33,043 bases of DNA from an uncultured Clostridia bacterium (GTDB taxonomy: Bacteria; Bacillota; Clostridia; Oscillospirales; QAKW01). The notes beneath the pieces were generated by a model. It searched no databases, was not told where the DNA came from, and saw nothing but the letters and a program-made list of their open reading frames with translations. Both the position numbers and the translations under genes were made by a program. The stretch covers positions 1 to 33,043 of the forward strand of contig CALXGU010000001.1 of NCBI GenBank assembly GCA_944387905.1, given 5' to 3'. Positions 14,946-25,366 of this stretch are shown piece by piece; positions within the stretch are counted from its first letter, which is position 1; every line of letters starts with the position of its first letter.

Positions 14946-17879
14946 TCAGAAGTTCGCCTTATAAATTATTTGCGCAAGCATCGCGCGGGTGACGGGTGTT
15001 CCGGGTTCAAATTTTCCGTTTCCCATACCGTTTATGATACCCGCCTTTTCAAGTGACGCCACTGCCTTTTTCGCATATTCGCTCACCGAGTCAAAATCAT
15101 CAAATCCGCTTTCTTCCGCCTGCGGCAGCCGGTCTTTATACATACGGTATACCATGGCGCACAGCTGCTGACGGGTCAACGCCTGATCCGGGGAAAACAG
15201 ATTTTCATCGGTGCCGTTTGTGATGCCCTGCTGATGCGCCCACGCTACTGCGCCTGAATAATAAAGTCCGCTCGCCACGTCTTCAAAGCCGGTTTCACCG
15301 TAGGCCGAGGTATCTATATCGGCAAGGCGGGCAAGTACTGTCACCGCCATTGCGCGTGTCAAAGTCTGAGTCGGCGCAAATGTATTTTCAGACACACCGC
15401 GCATCACAAGCTGAGAGGCGGAGTATTTTACAGCATCGGCATACCAGCTGCCGTACGCCACATCCGAAAAGCTTGCAGTATTGTCGTTATCCGACGCGGA
15501 AAACGTCTTTGTAAGCTTTTGCACGCCGTTGTCGCCCAGCGTCCTGACGGTTATATCTCCGCCGCTGAAGCTTATCAGCGTCGCGACTGTGCCGTCCTGC
15601 TCATACATACCGTTTACCGCGCTGACATAGTTCTGGTTATGGAACCCGGCATCGTTATACTCAGACTCTCCGCCGTGGCCGAACAGCGCAAGATCGGTGC
15701 CCAGGGTATTAAGTGTCATGCTGTATTTATAGCCCAGATAGTTATGTATCACCGGCGCGTGCGCAAGCGCAACCTTGTACTGAGCGTCTCCGTAAGACTG
15801 CTGTTCAAGCCAGAGCTGCTGCTTTTGACGTACCGTCTCAAAGCTGGCAAGTCCGTTGTACTCGCTTGAGCTGTCCGGAAACAGTCCCGCTGTATCAAGC
15901 ACAATAAGCGATACCGGACCGTACTGTACATACTCATAAAACTGACGCGTGGAGTTGCGGATAATTCTTGTCAGATACGGCGCGTACTCGCCGAGCGTCT
16001 CATTTTCGCCGCGCACAAACACAGCGGGGATCTTTCCGCCCGTAAGCATTCCGCAGTTGTACAGCAGACCGTTTATAACAGCACTGTCGTCCGCCGCATC
16101 GGATATTATGTTCCCGCCGAATACCACGACGTCATAGTCCTGTGCCGCCGCGCGTATTTTCGGTATCATGGAGCGGTCGGAGCCAAGATCCGATACCATC
16201 AGCATTTCTATCTCGCTCTGACCGTCATAACCGCTAAACTCGATATAGCCCGAGGTGACAAGCGCGCCTTTGTCCGAATTATACGCACCATGCCTGAATA
16301 TCTGCTGGGATATGACCTCATATTTATTGTTTTCCAGATATTTTTTCGGTATGCGCACGGCATGCAGGTTGGAGAGACAGCGAAGAGTTCCGCCCTCAGA
16401 ATCGGTAAAGCGCATTTCTTTGCCCTCATATATCAGATGCACCTCGCCCATAGAGTTCTGTCCCTCAGTGGTCGCCCACGCAACGGTATATGTATCGCCT
16501 GTATCGAATACAGTAGGCTTTGTTATAAATCCGAAATCCGCAGATGCGCCTTTCTGAGACTCCAAATCAGAGGATCCTTTGTCCGAGGATATTTCTATAA
16601 ACGCACTCTCGTCAGACGTATACATCTGCTCTGTATTTGCCGCAGACGCACCTTCGGCAGAACTGCCTACTGTTGTACCTGATACGGCTGCGGTCACAGT
16701 GCTCTGCTTGATATTCTGTCCTGCGGTCAGCTCATAATCAAGCATATCCTCACCGCTGTCAGACACGCCGTAGCAGGTGATCTGTCCGTCTTTCAGCAGC
16801 AGCTGGCTTATGTTAAAGCCTATATTATTTATATGCGACCCGTCCAGCATTATCGGGAAGTCGATGCAGTACTGTGAGTTATATCCGTCCGGCTCCCACA
16901 TTTGAATGGCGTGATAGTGCCCGGATACCAAAATATCGGTACCTATATCCGACAGGTTTTCGATCCAGTTAAAGCCGAAGTGATCTATTATATTAGGTCC
17001 ATGGCAGAACGCAATGCGATAGACCGGATCGCCCGTATAGCTGTCTATGGTATTGAGCCAGTCGTTTTCCTCTATGCGGTAGTTGTTATAGTCAACAAGC
17101 CCGGAGTATTCGGGATGCGTATCTATTTTATCCTCTCCGAAATCCAGAACGACAGATGACAGAGGTCCGTATTCAAAAGTAAAGTAAAACTCGCCCGTAC
17201 TTGAGGGGAGATACTGCAGAAGATATCCGGAAAATTCTCCGCGCGTCTCGTGGTTGCCGCGTGTATACACACAGGGCACGCTGCCGCCCGACAGCTGAGC
17301 CGCAGTGTCGAATATGCCTATTTCAGCATAATCCTTGTTCTGCATATCATTGCAGATATCGCCCAGCAGCATCACTATATCAGGACTTCCTCCCTTAAGA
17401 TGAGAAGCCGCGGCAAGTACTCCGGACATAATGCCGTTTGTGGGGGTGCGGTGCAGGTCAGACAAAGTCCAAATATTTATTTCCTCCTGTCCGTGATAAC
17501 CGACGAAACTGCGCGTGGTGGAACAGGACGCACCGTATTCAACGCTGTATGGCGTCCTCTTTGCAACGGCGACTGATGTTATCGTATACGCGCCCGCGCC
17601 GTCAAGATGATCGACCGGTACAGACACGGTGTGGATATAGTCGTCAGTGCGCACAACGCCTGCTTCTTCATCGTACACCCTGTACATATCTCCCTGATAT
17701 GTATATTCGACATAACCTGTTGAGTTTTTATCGGTAGACCAGACTATATTATATATGTCCCCGCATAAAAATACGGCAGGCTCTACTTCAATAGAAACGC
17801 TGTCCTGCGCAAAAGCCATGCCGGACAGCATTGTGACCGTCATGACAAGCGCCGTCAATACAGAGATACACTTTTTCAT
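14946..17879 (-). CDS. Secreted surface protein with two tandem calcineurin-like metallophosphoesterase modules and three C-terminal SLH domains
   Basis: 977 aa. Signal peptide is MKKCISVLTALVMTVTMLSGMAFA. GD...GNHE-type phosphoesterase motifs occur twice (LLGDICND...TRGNHE; VFGGNIISD...VRGENE). Three SLH repeats are present (FSDV..., FEDV..., FDDF... each with ...TRAM/TRQQ...). SD AAGGAG lies upstream. Confidence 0.8.
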   Translation of the reverse strand: MKKCISVLTALVMTVTMLSGMAFAQDSVSIEVEPAVFLCGDIYNIVWSTDKNSTGYVEYTYQGDMYRVYDEEAGVVRTDDYIHTVSVPVDHLDGAGAYTITSVAVAKRTPYSVEYGASCSTTRSFVGYHGQEEINIWTLSDLHRTPTNGIMSGVLAAASHLKGGSPDIVMLLGDICNDMQNKDYAEIGIFDTAAQLSGGSVPCVYTRGNHETRGEFSGYLLQYLPSSTGEFYFTFEYGPLSSVVLDFGEDKIDTHPEYSGLVDYNNYRIEENDWLNTIDSYTGDPVYRIAFCHGPNIIDHFGFNWIENLSDIGTDILVSGHYHAIQMWEPDGYNSQYCIDFPIMLDGSHINNIGFNISQLLLKDGQITCYGVSDSGEDMLDYELTAGQNIKQSTVTAAVSGTTVGSSAEGASAANTEQMYTSDESAFIEISSDKGSSDLESQKGASADFGFITKPTVFDTGDTYTVAWATTEGQNSMGEVHLIYEGKEMRFTDSEGGTLRCLSNLHAVRIPKKYLENNKYEVISQQIFRHGAYNSDKGALVTSGYIEFSGYDGQSEIEMLMVSDLGSDRSMIPKIRAAAQDYDVVVFGGNIISDAADDSAVINGLLYNCGMLTGGKIPAVFVRGENETLGEYAPYLTRIIRNSTRQFYEYVQYGPVSLIVLDTAGLFPDSSSEYNGLASFETVRQKQQLWLEQQSYGDAQYKVALAHAPVIHNYLGYKYSMTLNTLGTDLALFGHGGESEYNDAGFHNQNYVSAVNGMYEQDGTVATLISFSGGDITVRTLGDNGVQKLTKTFSASDNDNTASFSDVAYGSWYADAVKYSASQLVMRGVSENTFAPTQTLTRAMAVTVLARLADIDTSAYGETGFEDVASGLYYSGAVAWAHQQGITNGTDENLFSPDQALTRQQLCAMVYRMYKDRLPQAEESGFDDFDSVSEYAKKAVASLEKAGIINGMGNGKFEPGTPVTRAMLAQIIYKANF

Positions 17880-17942
17880 GCAACCGCTCCTTATAAGTAT
17901 TGATTATATTATATATTCCGCAGCTACTTAAGTCAACCACAT

Positions 17943-17977
17943 AAAAAAGAAAAAAGCACGCAGATAATGCGTGCTTT
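17943..17977 (-). terminator. Intrinsic terminator of the MATE gene
   Basis: On the minus strand AAGCACGCA-ttatc-TGCGTGCTT is followed by TTTTTTCTTTTTT. Confidence 0.75.
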
Positions 17978-17997
17978 GAGTAGGATGTTTATTGGGC

Positions 17998-18094
17998 GCG
18001 GCTCGGGTCAGGCGGTCTGCTCGGGGTCAGGCGTGCGGCTCGGGTCAGGCGGTCTGCTCGGGGTCAGGCGCGCGGCTCGGATCAGGCGGTCTGC
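17998..18094. repeat. Tandem repeat, about 2.6 x 37 bp (each unit made of two 18/19-bp sub-repeats GCTCGGG(G)TCAGGCG)
   Basis: Units begin at 17998, 18035 and 18072. The array spans the MATE stop codon at 18045-18047. Confidence 0.85.
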
Positions 18095-19430
18095 GGTATT
18101 TTGGATTTCTGACAACAACAGCGTAAACTATAATAAGCAGTATCGCAGCCGCAACCCAAGCAAACGGGCTTGCAAGACAAATGACATGATAACTGTGGCG
18201 GGCAGCGCCTATCATCGCAACCGCCCAGCGTGCCCCAAGCTCTGCAACTCCGCCCAAAAACGGCATGAGCGCATAGCCGATGCCCTGTAGCCCGTTGCGG
18301 AATATTATTACCACCGCAAGAGGTATCAAAAACAGCGACGCATTTTTTATGTACATATCCGCATAAGGCATAATAAGGGATATATCCTCTTGCACAAACA
18401 AGACCGTCATATACTTGCCGAAAAAATAAAAGATCGGTCCTATAACCACTATATAAATCAGTGCCATAGTCATAACGCTTTTGAAGCCGCGGCGGATACG
18501 ATAATACTGCTTTGCTCCGATATTCTGAGCGCAGTATATCATCATTGCCGTACCGAAGGCTATAAATACCTGCGCGCCTATCTGCTCTATTTCAGACGCG
18601 GCGGTATAGCCTGCAACCGCCAAATATTCAAATGGTATGAGGAAAGACTGAAGTATCATGCTGCCAATCGCCGTTAAGGAAAACTGCAGCGCCAATGAGC
18701 AGCCATGTTTGAGCTGATTGAGCATCAGACGCATGTCCGGTATAAAATCCTGTTTTTTCAAATGCAACTGCGGGACTTTATCTATTATATAGAAAAAGCA
18801 CAGCACCGACGACACAAGCTGTGATATGACAGTGGCATACGCCGCACCCTCCGTGCCCATGAGGATAAACTGTATAAACCATATATCAAGCAAAATATTG
18901 AGGAGTGTGGAAATTATAAGAAATACCAGCGGCGCACGGCTGTTGCCAAGCGCCCTGAGCACAGCGGCAAGCAAATTGTATGTAACCTGCGCAAAAAGTC
19001 CGGCGGATATTACGATGATATAGTCATAAGCATGATCATAGAAACTGTCATATATGTTCAGCATGGCAAGCATCGGTCTCACACCAATCACTGTCACAGC
19101 AGTCATTACCACGGTTATGACCGCCGACAATATAACGGCGCTGCCGACTGTTTTGCGCATGCCCTCAAGGTCATTGGCGCCGAACTTTTGAGCTGTTACA
19201 ACAGTAAAGCCCGAACACATACCATAAATTAGACCAAAAATCAAAAACAAGATCGTTCCTGTAAAGGTAACGCCCGTACGAGCTTCAAATCCCAGCGTAT
19301 AACCCACGATTGTGCTATCCACCGTATTATAAAACTGCTGTAAGATGTTTGCTATCAGTATCGGCAGGGCAAACCCAATAATTGACCTTGTCGGACTGCC
19401 ATTAGTCATGCTCTTAAACAATTTCAACAC
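18045..19430 (-). CDS. MATE-family efflux transporter
   Basis: 461 aa with 12 predicted hydrophobic segments and the family N-terminus ...IIGFALPILIANILQQFYNTVDSTIVG. The start is uncertain: GTG at 19430 or ATG at 19409. Confidence 0.85.
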   Translation of the reverse strand: MLKLFKSMTNGSPTRSIIGFALPILIANILQQFYNTVDSTIVGYTLGFEARTGVTFTGTILFLIFGLIYGMCSGFTVVTAQKFGANDLEGMRKTVGSAVILSAVITVVMTAVTVIGVRPMLAMLNIYDSFYDHAYDYIIVISAGLFAQVTYNLLAAVLRALGNSRAPLVFLIISTLLNILLDIWFIQFILMGTEGAAYATVISQLVSSVLCFFYIIDKVPQLHLKKQDFIPDMRLMLNQLKHGCSLALQFSLTAIGSMILQSFLIPFEYLAVAGYTAASEIEQIGAQVFIAFGTAMMIYCAQNIGAKQYYRIRRGFKSVMTMALIYIVVIGPIFYFFGKYMTVLFVQEDISLIMPYADMYIKNASLFLIPLAVVIIFRNGLQGIGYALMPFLGGVAELGARWAVAMIGAARHSYHVICLASPFAWVAAAILLIIVYAVVVRNPKYRRPPDPSRAPDPEQTA

Positions 19431-19515
19431 CTTCTTTGGCTTAATTGAAAAACAGATTATAATTCTGTTTTACGTTTTTTCAATAGTTTCTATCAACTTT
19501 TTCAAAACACTTATT

Positions 19516-19547
19516 AAAAACCGACCGTATTCAACGGCCGGGTTTTT
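19516..19547 (-). terminator. Intrinsic terminator of rny
   Basis: On the minus strand AAAACCCGGCCG-ttgaata-CGGTCGGTTTTT forms an imperfect stem followed by a T-run. Confidence 0.55.
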
Positions 19548-19554
19548 ACAGTAT

Positions 19555-21108
19555 TTATTTTGCGTAATCAATAGCACGGTTCTCACGTATCAGATGCACT
19601 TTGATCTGACCGGGATACTCGAGCTCATTTTCAATTTTCTGGCATATATCATGGGACAACAAAACAAGCTTGTCGTCCGATATCTGCTCGGGATTGACCA
19701 TTATGCGTATTTCACGTCCCGCCTGAATAGCGTACGTCTTTTCCACTCCGTCAAAGGAATTTGCGATTTCCTCAAGCTTTTCAAGACGCTTGATATAGTT
19801 TTCCAGATTTTCTCGGCGCGCGCCGGGACGTGCGGCGGAAATCGCGTCTGCCGCCTGTACGATCGCGGCGATATTGGTTCTTGTCTCAACATCACCGTGA
19901 TGCGCCTCGATAGCATGCACTACATCTTTTGATTCCTTATATTTTTTGGAAAGCTCTACGCCTATCTGGATATGCGAGCCCTCCATCTCAAAATCCACGC
20001 TCTTACCGATATCATGCAGCAATCCCGCTTTTTTCGCCAAAGCTACATCCTCGCCCATTTCTGATGCAATAATGCCGCTCAGCTGCGCAACCTCTATCGA
20101 GTGATTCAGTACGTTCTGACCGTAGCTGGTTCTGTATTTAAGCCGTCCCAGCAGCTTGATCATCTCAGGATGCAGACCGTGTACTCCTGTTTCAAATACC
20201 GCGCGTTCTCCCTCTTTTTTGATTGTAACTTCTAGATCGCGCTTTATTTTTTCTACCGTTTCCTCGATACGTGCCGGATGTATGCGTCCGTCAGAAATGA
20301 GCTTTTCAAGCGTAAGTCTTGCGACTTCACGCCGAATAGGGTCAAAACTGGACAGAGTTATCGCCTCGGGTGTATCGTCTATTATCAGATCGACGCCCGT
20401 TATAGTTTCAAGTGAACGGATATTGCGTCCCTCTCTGCCTATGATACGGCCTTTCATTTCATCGCTGGGCAGCGCCACGACAGACACCGTTGACTCAACG
20501 ACATGATCCGCCGCGCATTTCTGTATCGCAAGCGACAGCAGATTTCTGGCCTTTTCATCGGCGTTTTCAGCATAACGTGCTTCGTACTCTGTTATTTTTA
20601 CTGCATATTCATGCTGCAGCTGCTGCTCAAGCTCATTCAAAAGCTCAGCTTTTGCCGCCTCCGAAGTATATCCGGAAATGCGTTCAAGCACAGCTATCTG
20701 CGCGCGCTTCTGATCCTCCAGCTCGGCATTGAGCTGTTCTGTCTTTTTCAGCTTTTCATTAAGCTGTTCCTCTTTTTTGTCCAGGTTGTCATACTTTTTA
20801 TCGAGAGTTTCCTCTCTCTGCTGCAGTCGTTTTTCCTGTCTTGTCACCTCGACACGGCGCTCTTTTATCTCTCGCTCCTGCTCGGTACGCTCTTTATGCA
20901 GCTGTTCCTTGGCTTCGAGAATAGCTTCTTTTTTCTTCGTGTCGGCTGTTTTTATCGCCTCATTGATTATTCGTTTTGCTTCTTCATTTGCAGAACCTAT
21001 TTGTTTCTCAGATACAGATTTTCTGTAAAAAAATCCACATATAAAAGCAATAAATCCGGTAACAAGGGCACAGACGACTGCAATAATCACTACTGTAAGT
21101 GCAGTCAT
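19555..21108 (-). CDS. rny: Ribonuclease Y
   Basis: N-terminal TM segment, coiled-coil region rich in E/K/Q, KH domain ([12 protein letters not shown]), HD domain (LLHDIGK...HH). I chose the start at 21108 (MTALTVV), preceded by GGGAGGA. The track ORF starts 18 codons earlier. Confidence 0.92.
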   Translation of the reverse strand: MTALTVVIIAVVCALVTGFIAFICGFFYRKSVSEKQIGSANEEAKRIINEAIKTADTKKKEAILEAKEQLHKERTEQEREIKERRVEVTRQEKRLQQREETLDKKYDNLDKKEEQLNEKLKKTEQLNAELEDQKRAQIAVLERISGYTSEAAKAELLNELEQQLQHEYAVKITEYEARYAENADEKARNLLSLAIQKCAADHVVESTVSVVALPSDEMKGRIIGREGRNIRSLETITGVDLIIDDTPEAITLSSFDPIRREVARLTLEKLISDGRIHPARIEETVEKIKRDLEVTIKKEGERAVFETGVHGLHPEMIKLLGRLKYRTSYGQNVLNHSIEVAQLSGIIASEMGEDVALAKKAGLLHDIGKSVDFEMEGSHIQIGVELSKKYKESKDVVHAIEAHHGDVETRTNIAAIVQAADAISAARPGARRENLENYIKRLEKLEEIANSFDGVEKTYAIQAGREIRIMVNPEQISDDKLVLLSHDICQKIENELEYPGQIKVHLIRENRAIDYAK

Positions 21109-21263
21109 ATTATCCTCCCTTTGTCTGAATTCAAATTCAGCATAGCTTTTAATATTATACATCTTTTACAAAAATGTGTCAAGCGGTGTAAGCATATTTA
21201 TTTGCCGCGTCAGTATTTTATCGGTTTATACGTTAAAAAACAGTAGTAAAAACTGAATTAGTA

Positions 21264-21272
21264 TGATATAAT
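21264..21272 (+). promoter_or_regulatory. Extended -10 element (TGATATAAT) upstream of uppP
   Basis: A TGnTATAAT match lies 31 nt before the uppP ATG. No good -35 was seen. Confidence 0.35.
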
Positions 21273-21302
21273 TATTATATATGCATTATTTCGGAGGAAA
21301 AT

Positions 21303-22139
21303 ATGACGATTTTAAGTTCTGTTATACTAGGTATAATTCAGGGCCTGGCTGAGTTTCTGCCTATTTCAAGCTCAGGTCACCTTGTGATTTTCAAAACATT
21401 TCTCCCCGGGCTCGAGGGACTTTCCTCTGATATGACTTTTGATATTTTGCTGCATTTGGGCACTCTTATTGCGGTTGTTGCCGTATACCGCAAAACCGTT
21501 GCCGCAATGATCGTTGATTTCTTTAAAATGCTAAAACAGATCTTTACCGGCAGATTTTCTTTTAAAAAGGCCACTAAGTACCAGCTTATGGATATTTATG
21601 TTATAATCGCGACTCTGCCGCTTGTGCTTGTCATTTTTGTAAACGATACTATCGAGGAAAAAATGACCGGACTTCTGCCTGTCGGGATTATGCTGCTTGT
21701 CACCGCCGCGCTGCTGTTTATAGCCGATCACAGCGTGCAGGGCAAAAAGGAAATCAAGGATATGACGCCGTTCCAGGCTGTTAAAATCGGACTGTTCCAG
21801 ATGATCGCCACACTCCCCGGTCTCTCGCGCAGCGGCTCGACCATCTCCGCGGCCGTCAATATGGGCTTTACCCGCCAGACCGCGGTCGAGTTTTCCTTTA
21901 TCCTGGGTATACCCGCGGTTATAGGCGCCAATATTCTCAACCTGAAAGACGTAATCGACACCGGTGTGGACAAATCGCTTATGCTTCCCTATATCATAGG
22001 GGTAGTGACAGCGGCGGTTTTCGGGGTCCTGGCGGTCAAACTGGTCCAGTATGTGACAAAAAAAGACAGATTCGGCTGGTTTGTATACTACTGTACCGCA
22101 GCTGGCGCCGCGGCAATAATACTCAGTTTTATAGTATGA
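21303..22139 (+). CDS. uppP: Undecaprenyl-diphosphate phosphatase
   Basis: 278 aa. BacA/UppP motifs GIIQGLAEFLPISSSGHL and LPGLSRSGSTI are present. SD GGAGGA lies upstream. Confidence 0.9.
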   Translation: MTILSSVILGIIQGLAEFLPISSSGHLVIFKTFLPGLEGLSSDMTFDILLHLGTLIAVVAVYRKTVAAMIVDFFKMLKQIFTGRFSFKKATKYQLMDIYVIIATLPLVLVIFVNDTIEEKMTGLLPVGIMLLVTAALLFIADHSVQGKKEIKDMTPFQAVKIGLFQMIATLPGLSRSGSTISAAVNMGFTRQTAVEFSFILGIPAVIGANILNLKDVIDTGVDKSLMLPYIIGVVTAAVFGVLAVKLVQYVTKKDRFGWFVYYCTAAGAAAIILSFIV

Positions 22140-22292
22140 TACGCGCCGGGACAGCTATTTACTGCCTGTCTTGGGCGATCGAATGACACTTTGAGCGCCG
22201 GAAATCCCTGTGCGGCGCTTAAATCAAGGGGATATCATAAACGGTCTGAATTTTCGCTGCGGCGCTGAGACCGGATTTACAAGGATGGAAAC

Positions 22293-24689
22293 ATGGCTGA
22301 CAAAAAAACAAAAAAGAAATCTGAAACCACTGTAAAAAAACCGATCCGCAGAGAAGTCATGGACAATGTGCTGTCTGTCATATTTTTCTCGCTGACTCTT
22401 TTGCTGTTGCTGTCGGTATACCATAATTTTCTTGCGGGCTTCGGAGCGCTTCTGCGCTCCGTGATGCGCGGTATATTCGGAAACGTTTCATATCTGCTGC
22501 CGGCGTTTACTCTGTGGCTGGGCATAGAGCTTGCAAGAGAGAGCAGACGCGTGCCTACGGTCACACGGCTGTGGACAGGCCTTGTGCTTGTCGTATCTCT
22601 GAGCGGAGTTTGCTATCTTTTTGAAAGCGGAGATTATTTCGGCAGCTTTTCTTTCTTTGAATTTTTCACAAAAGGCATACCGGACATGGTCAACCGCGCA
22701 GGCGGGATAGCCGGCGGTATCATCGCGTATCCGCTGATATGCCTGCTTACGAAAATCGGCTTTGCCATTATATTTATAACGCTGGCTCTGATTTGTACTC
22801 TTACGTTTTTTGACGTAACGCTTTATCAAATATGGAAAAAAATATGCTCGGCGTTCAGAAAGCCCCAAAAAGATCCGCAGGAGCCTCAAACCGTCAAGCC
22901 GAAAATAGAAACGCGCAAACGCAAAAACAAAATAGATATCTTTGTTGATGAGCAGGCAGACTGCACCGATCAGACCGAATACACCGAACAGAAAGACACG
23001 CAGACTGATCAGATATTTGTAAACGTCGACGATACAGACATGTCGGACGGTAAGCCTATACCGTTTTTTGTACATGACGATCTGAACCGGGACGAGTACA
23101 TAACCACAGCCGATATGGCTGTAAAAAACATCGCAAACAGCGGGGTTTTCGACGATACCGGCGCCAAACCGCCCAGGACCCGCAAATCCTATGCCGAACC
23201 GAGCGCACCTGAGACGGAGCCGGATTTCGGATATCAGTTTCCGCCCACGTCTCTGCTTGAGACGCCGCGGCAGACAGCCGGAATCTCCAAAACCGAACTG
23301 GATCAGACAGAGCAGAAGCTTATTCAGACTCTGCGGGATTTCGGTATAGACGCGACAATGGTCGGAGCGTCAGTCGGACCGATAGTCACTCGCTATGAAA
23401 TAGCTCCCAGCAAAGGTGTGCGCGTCTCCAAAATAACATCACTGTCCGACGATATTGCTCTGTCGCTTGCCGCTACCGCCATCAGGATCGAGGCGCCGAT
23501 ACCCGGCAAGGCCGCGGTAGGCATTGAGATACCCAACAAAAAGAAAAGCACTGTTTTTATAAAAGAACTGCTGGATTCCTCGGAATTCCTAAATTCCGAC
23601 AATCCTCTGACTGTTGCCCTGGGCAAGGATATCTCGGGCAATTTTGTGTTCGGGGATCTGTCCGACATGCCGCATCTTCTTGTCGCCGGCGCGACAGGCT
23701 CGGGCAAGTCGGTATGCATAAACGCAATACTGATTTCACTGCTGTACAAGGCATCCCCCGAGCAGCTGAAGCTTATACTTATCGATCCCAAGGTGGTTGA
23801 GCTGGAGGTCTACAATAAAATACCCCATCTCATTGTTCCCGTAGTCTCAAACCCAAAAAAGGCGGCGGGAGCTCTGCAGTGGGCGGTAAATGAGATGGAA
23901 CGCAGATATAATCTGTTTTTCAATGTCAACGTACGCAACGTAAACGGGTACAATTCCTATGCCAGAAAGCACCCGGATAAATGCGAGGCCGTGCCGCAGA
24001 TAGTGATAGTCATAGACGAGCTGGCAGATCTTATGATGGTCTGTGCCAAAGAGGTGGAGGACTATATAGTGCGGCTGTGTCAGAAAGCACGTGCGGCGGG
24101 GATATATCTGATCATAGCCACACAGCGTCCGTCTGTAAATGTCGTAACGGGGCTTATAAAAGCAAATGTTCCCTCACGTATAGCGTTTGCCGTGACGTCT
24201 CAGATCGACTCTCGGGTCATACTGGACGGTTCGGGAGCGGAAAAACTTCTGGGTAAAGGCGATATGCTGTTTAAAGGACGTACTATGAACTCGGCGCGGC
24301 GTATCCAGTGCTGCTTTGTAAGCGACAGGGAAGTTGAGTCTGTTGTCGAATATATAAAACGAAACTGCGGAACTGCCGAATATGACCAGTTTGCAAATGA
24401 GGCAATGGAAAACTATACAAATAAAGAAAGCTCCTCCGCTTCGGAGCGCGACTCGGCAGAAGATGTGGACGATATGTTCTGGCAGGCGGTACAGTTTGTA
24501 ATAGAAAGCCAGAAGGCCTCGACCTCAGTCCTGCAGCGTAAATTTTCGCTGGGCTATGCGAGAGCTGCGCGTATTATTGATACCATGGAAGAAAAGGGGA
24601 TCATCGGTCCGTATGAAGGCGCAAAACCCAGACAGGTTTTGATGACAATGGCCGAATTCCAGGAAACGATGGTCAAAAGAGACGACTGA
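22293..24689 (+). CDS. ftsK: DNA translocase FtsK/SpoIIIE
   Basis: 798 aa. N-terminal TM segments and a low-complexity linker. Motor domain has Walker A GATGSGKS and Walker B VIVIDELADL. The C-terminal gamma winged helix reads ASTSVLQRKFSLGYARAARIIDTMEEKGIIGP. Confidence 0.92.
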   Translation: MADKKTKKKSETTVKKPIRREVMDNVLSVIFFSLTLLLLLSVYHNFLAGFGALLRSVMRGIFGNVSYLLPAFTLWLGIELARESRRVPTVTRLWTGLVLVVSLSGVCYLFESGDYFGSFSFFEFFTKGIPDMVNRAGGIAGGIIAYPLICLLTKIGFAIIFITLALICTLTFFDVTLYQIWKKICSAFRKPQKDPQEPQTVKPKIETRKRKNKIDIFVDEQADCTDQTEYTEQKDTQTDQIFVNVDDTDMSDGKPIPFFVHDDLNRDEYITTADMAVKNIANSGVFDDTGAKPPRTRKSYAEPSAPETEPDFGYQFPPTSLLETPRQTAGISKTELDQTEQKLIQTLRDFGIDATMVGASVGPIVTRYEIAPSKGVRVSKITSLSDDIALSLAATAIRIEAPIPGKAAVGIEIPNKKKSTVFIKELLDSSEFLNSDNPLTVALGKDISGNFVFGDLSDMPHLLVAGATGSGKSVCINAILISLLYKASPEQLKLILIDPKVVELEVYNKIPHLIVPVVSNPKKAAGALQWAVNEMERRYNLFFNVNVRNVNGYNSYARKHPDKCEAVPQIVIVIDELADLMMVCAKEVEDYIVRLCQKARAAGIYLIIATQRPSVNVVTGLIKANVPSRIAFAVTSQIDSRVILDGSGAEKLLGKGDMLFKGRTMNSARRIQCCFVSDREVESVVEYIKRNCGTAEYDQFANEAMENYTNKESSSASERDSAEDVDDMFWQAVQFVIESQKASTSVLQRKFSLGYARAARIIDTMEEKGIIGPYEGAKPRQVLMTMAEFQETMVKRDD

Positions 24690-25366
24690 TGAAAAAAATA
24701 TTTATTCTCGAAGACGATGAGAGCATATCATCCATAATAGAATTCAACCTGAAGGCGGCGGGATTTGAAACCGCGACGGAATTTGACGGTCAAACGGCTC
24801 TGGAACGAATAAAAGCCGAAAATCCGGATCTTTTGCTTTTAGATATCATGCTGCCGTCAATGTCGGGGTTTGAAGTGCTCAAAAAGCTGCGCGGATTTTC
24901 AGACATGCCGGTAATTATCCTGAGCGCTCTGGACAGCGAGGAGGATAAGCTGGAGGGTCTGTCGCTCATGGCGGACGACTATGTCACAAAACCGTTTTCA
25001 GTAAACGAACTTATAGCGCGTATAAAAGTCAATCTCTCACGCTGTGAAAGAAAACCGGTACAGCAGACGCTTTACACCGTAGGCGATATCACTGTAAACG
25101 CGGATAAGATGACGGTACTGAAAAACGGAAGCGAAATTTCCGTCAGTAAAAAAGAGTACGAGATACTTATGCTGCTTATAAACAACCGCGGCAAGGTGGT
25201 GTCGCGCGAGGAGATACTGGAAAAAGTCTGGGGCTATAACGGATATCTGGGCGATCTGCATACAGTCGACGTCGCTATCGGCAGACTGCGCGCCAAGGTG
25301 GAGACTGTGCCGTCTGAGCCCTCTGTTATTCTGAGCCGCAGAGGCGCGGGCTATTTTGTGATATGA
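24689..25366 (+). CDS. OmpR/PhoB-family response regulator
   Basis: 225 aa. Receiver domain (DLLLLDIMLP, phospho-Asp context) plus a winged-helix output domain (...RGAGYFV). Its ATG overlaps the ftsK stop (TGATG). Confidence 0.9.
   Translation: MKKIFILEDDESISSIIEFNLKAAGFETATEFDGQTALERIKAENPDLLLLDIMLPSMSGFEVLKKLRGFSDMPVIILSALDSEEDKLEGLSLMADDYVTKPFSVNELIARIKVNLSRCERKPVQQTLYTVGDITVNADKMTVLKNGSEISVSKKEYEILMLLINNRGKVVSREEILEKVWGYNGYLGDLHTVDVAIGRLRAKVETVPSEPSVILSRRGAGYFVI

Noticed and set aside
20503-21246. 247-aa ORF antisense to rny (also 20729-21028 and 20156-20506)
   Set aside because: These are leucine/phenylalanine/serine-rich translations of the antisense of the Glu/Lys-rich coiled-coil region of RNase Y. 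This is a typical shadow ORF with no start context.
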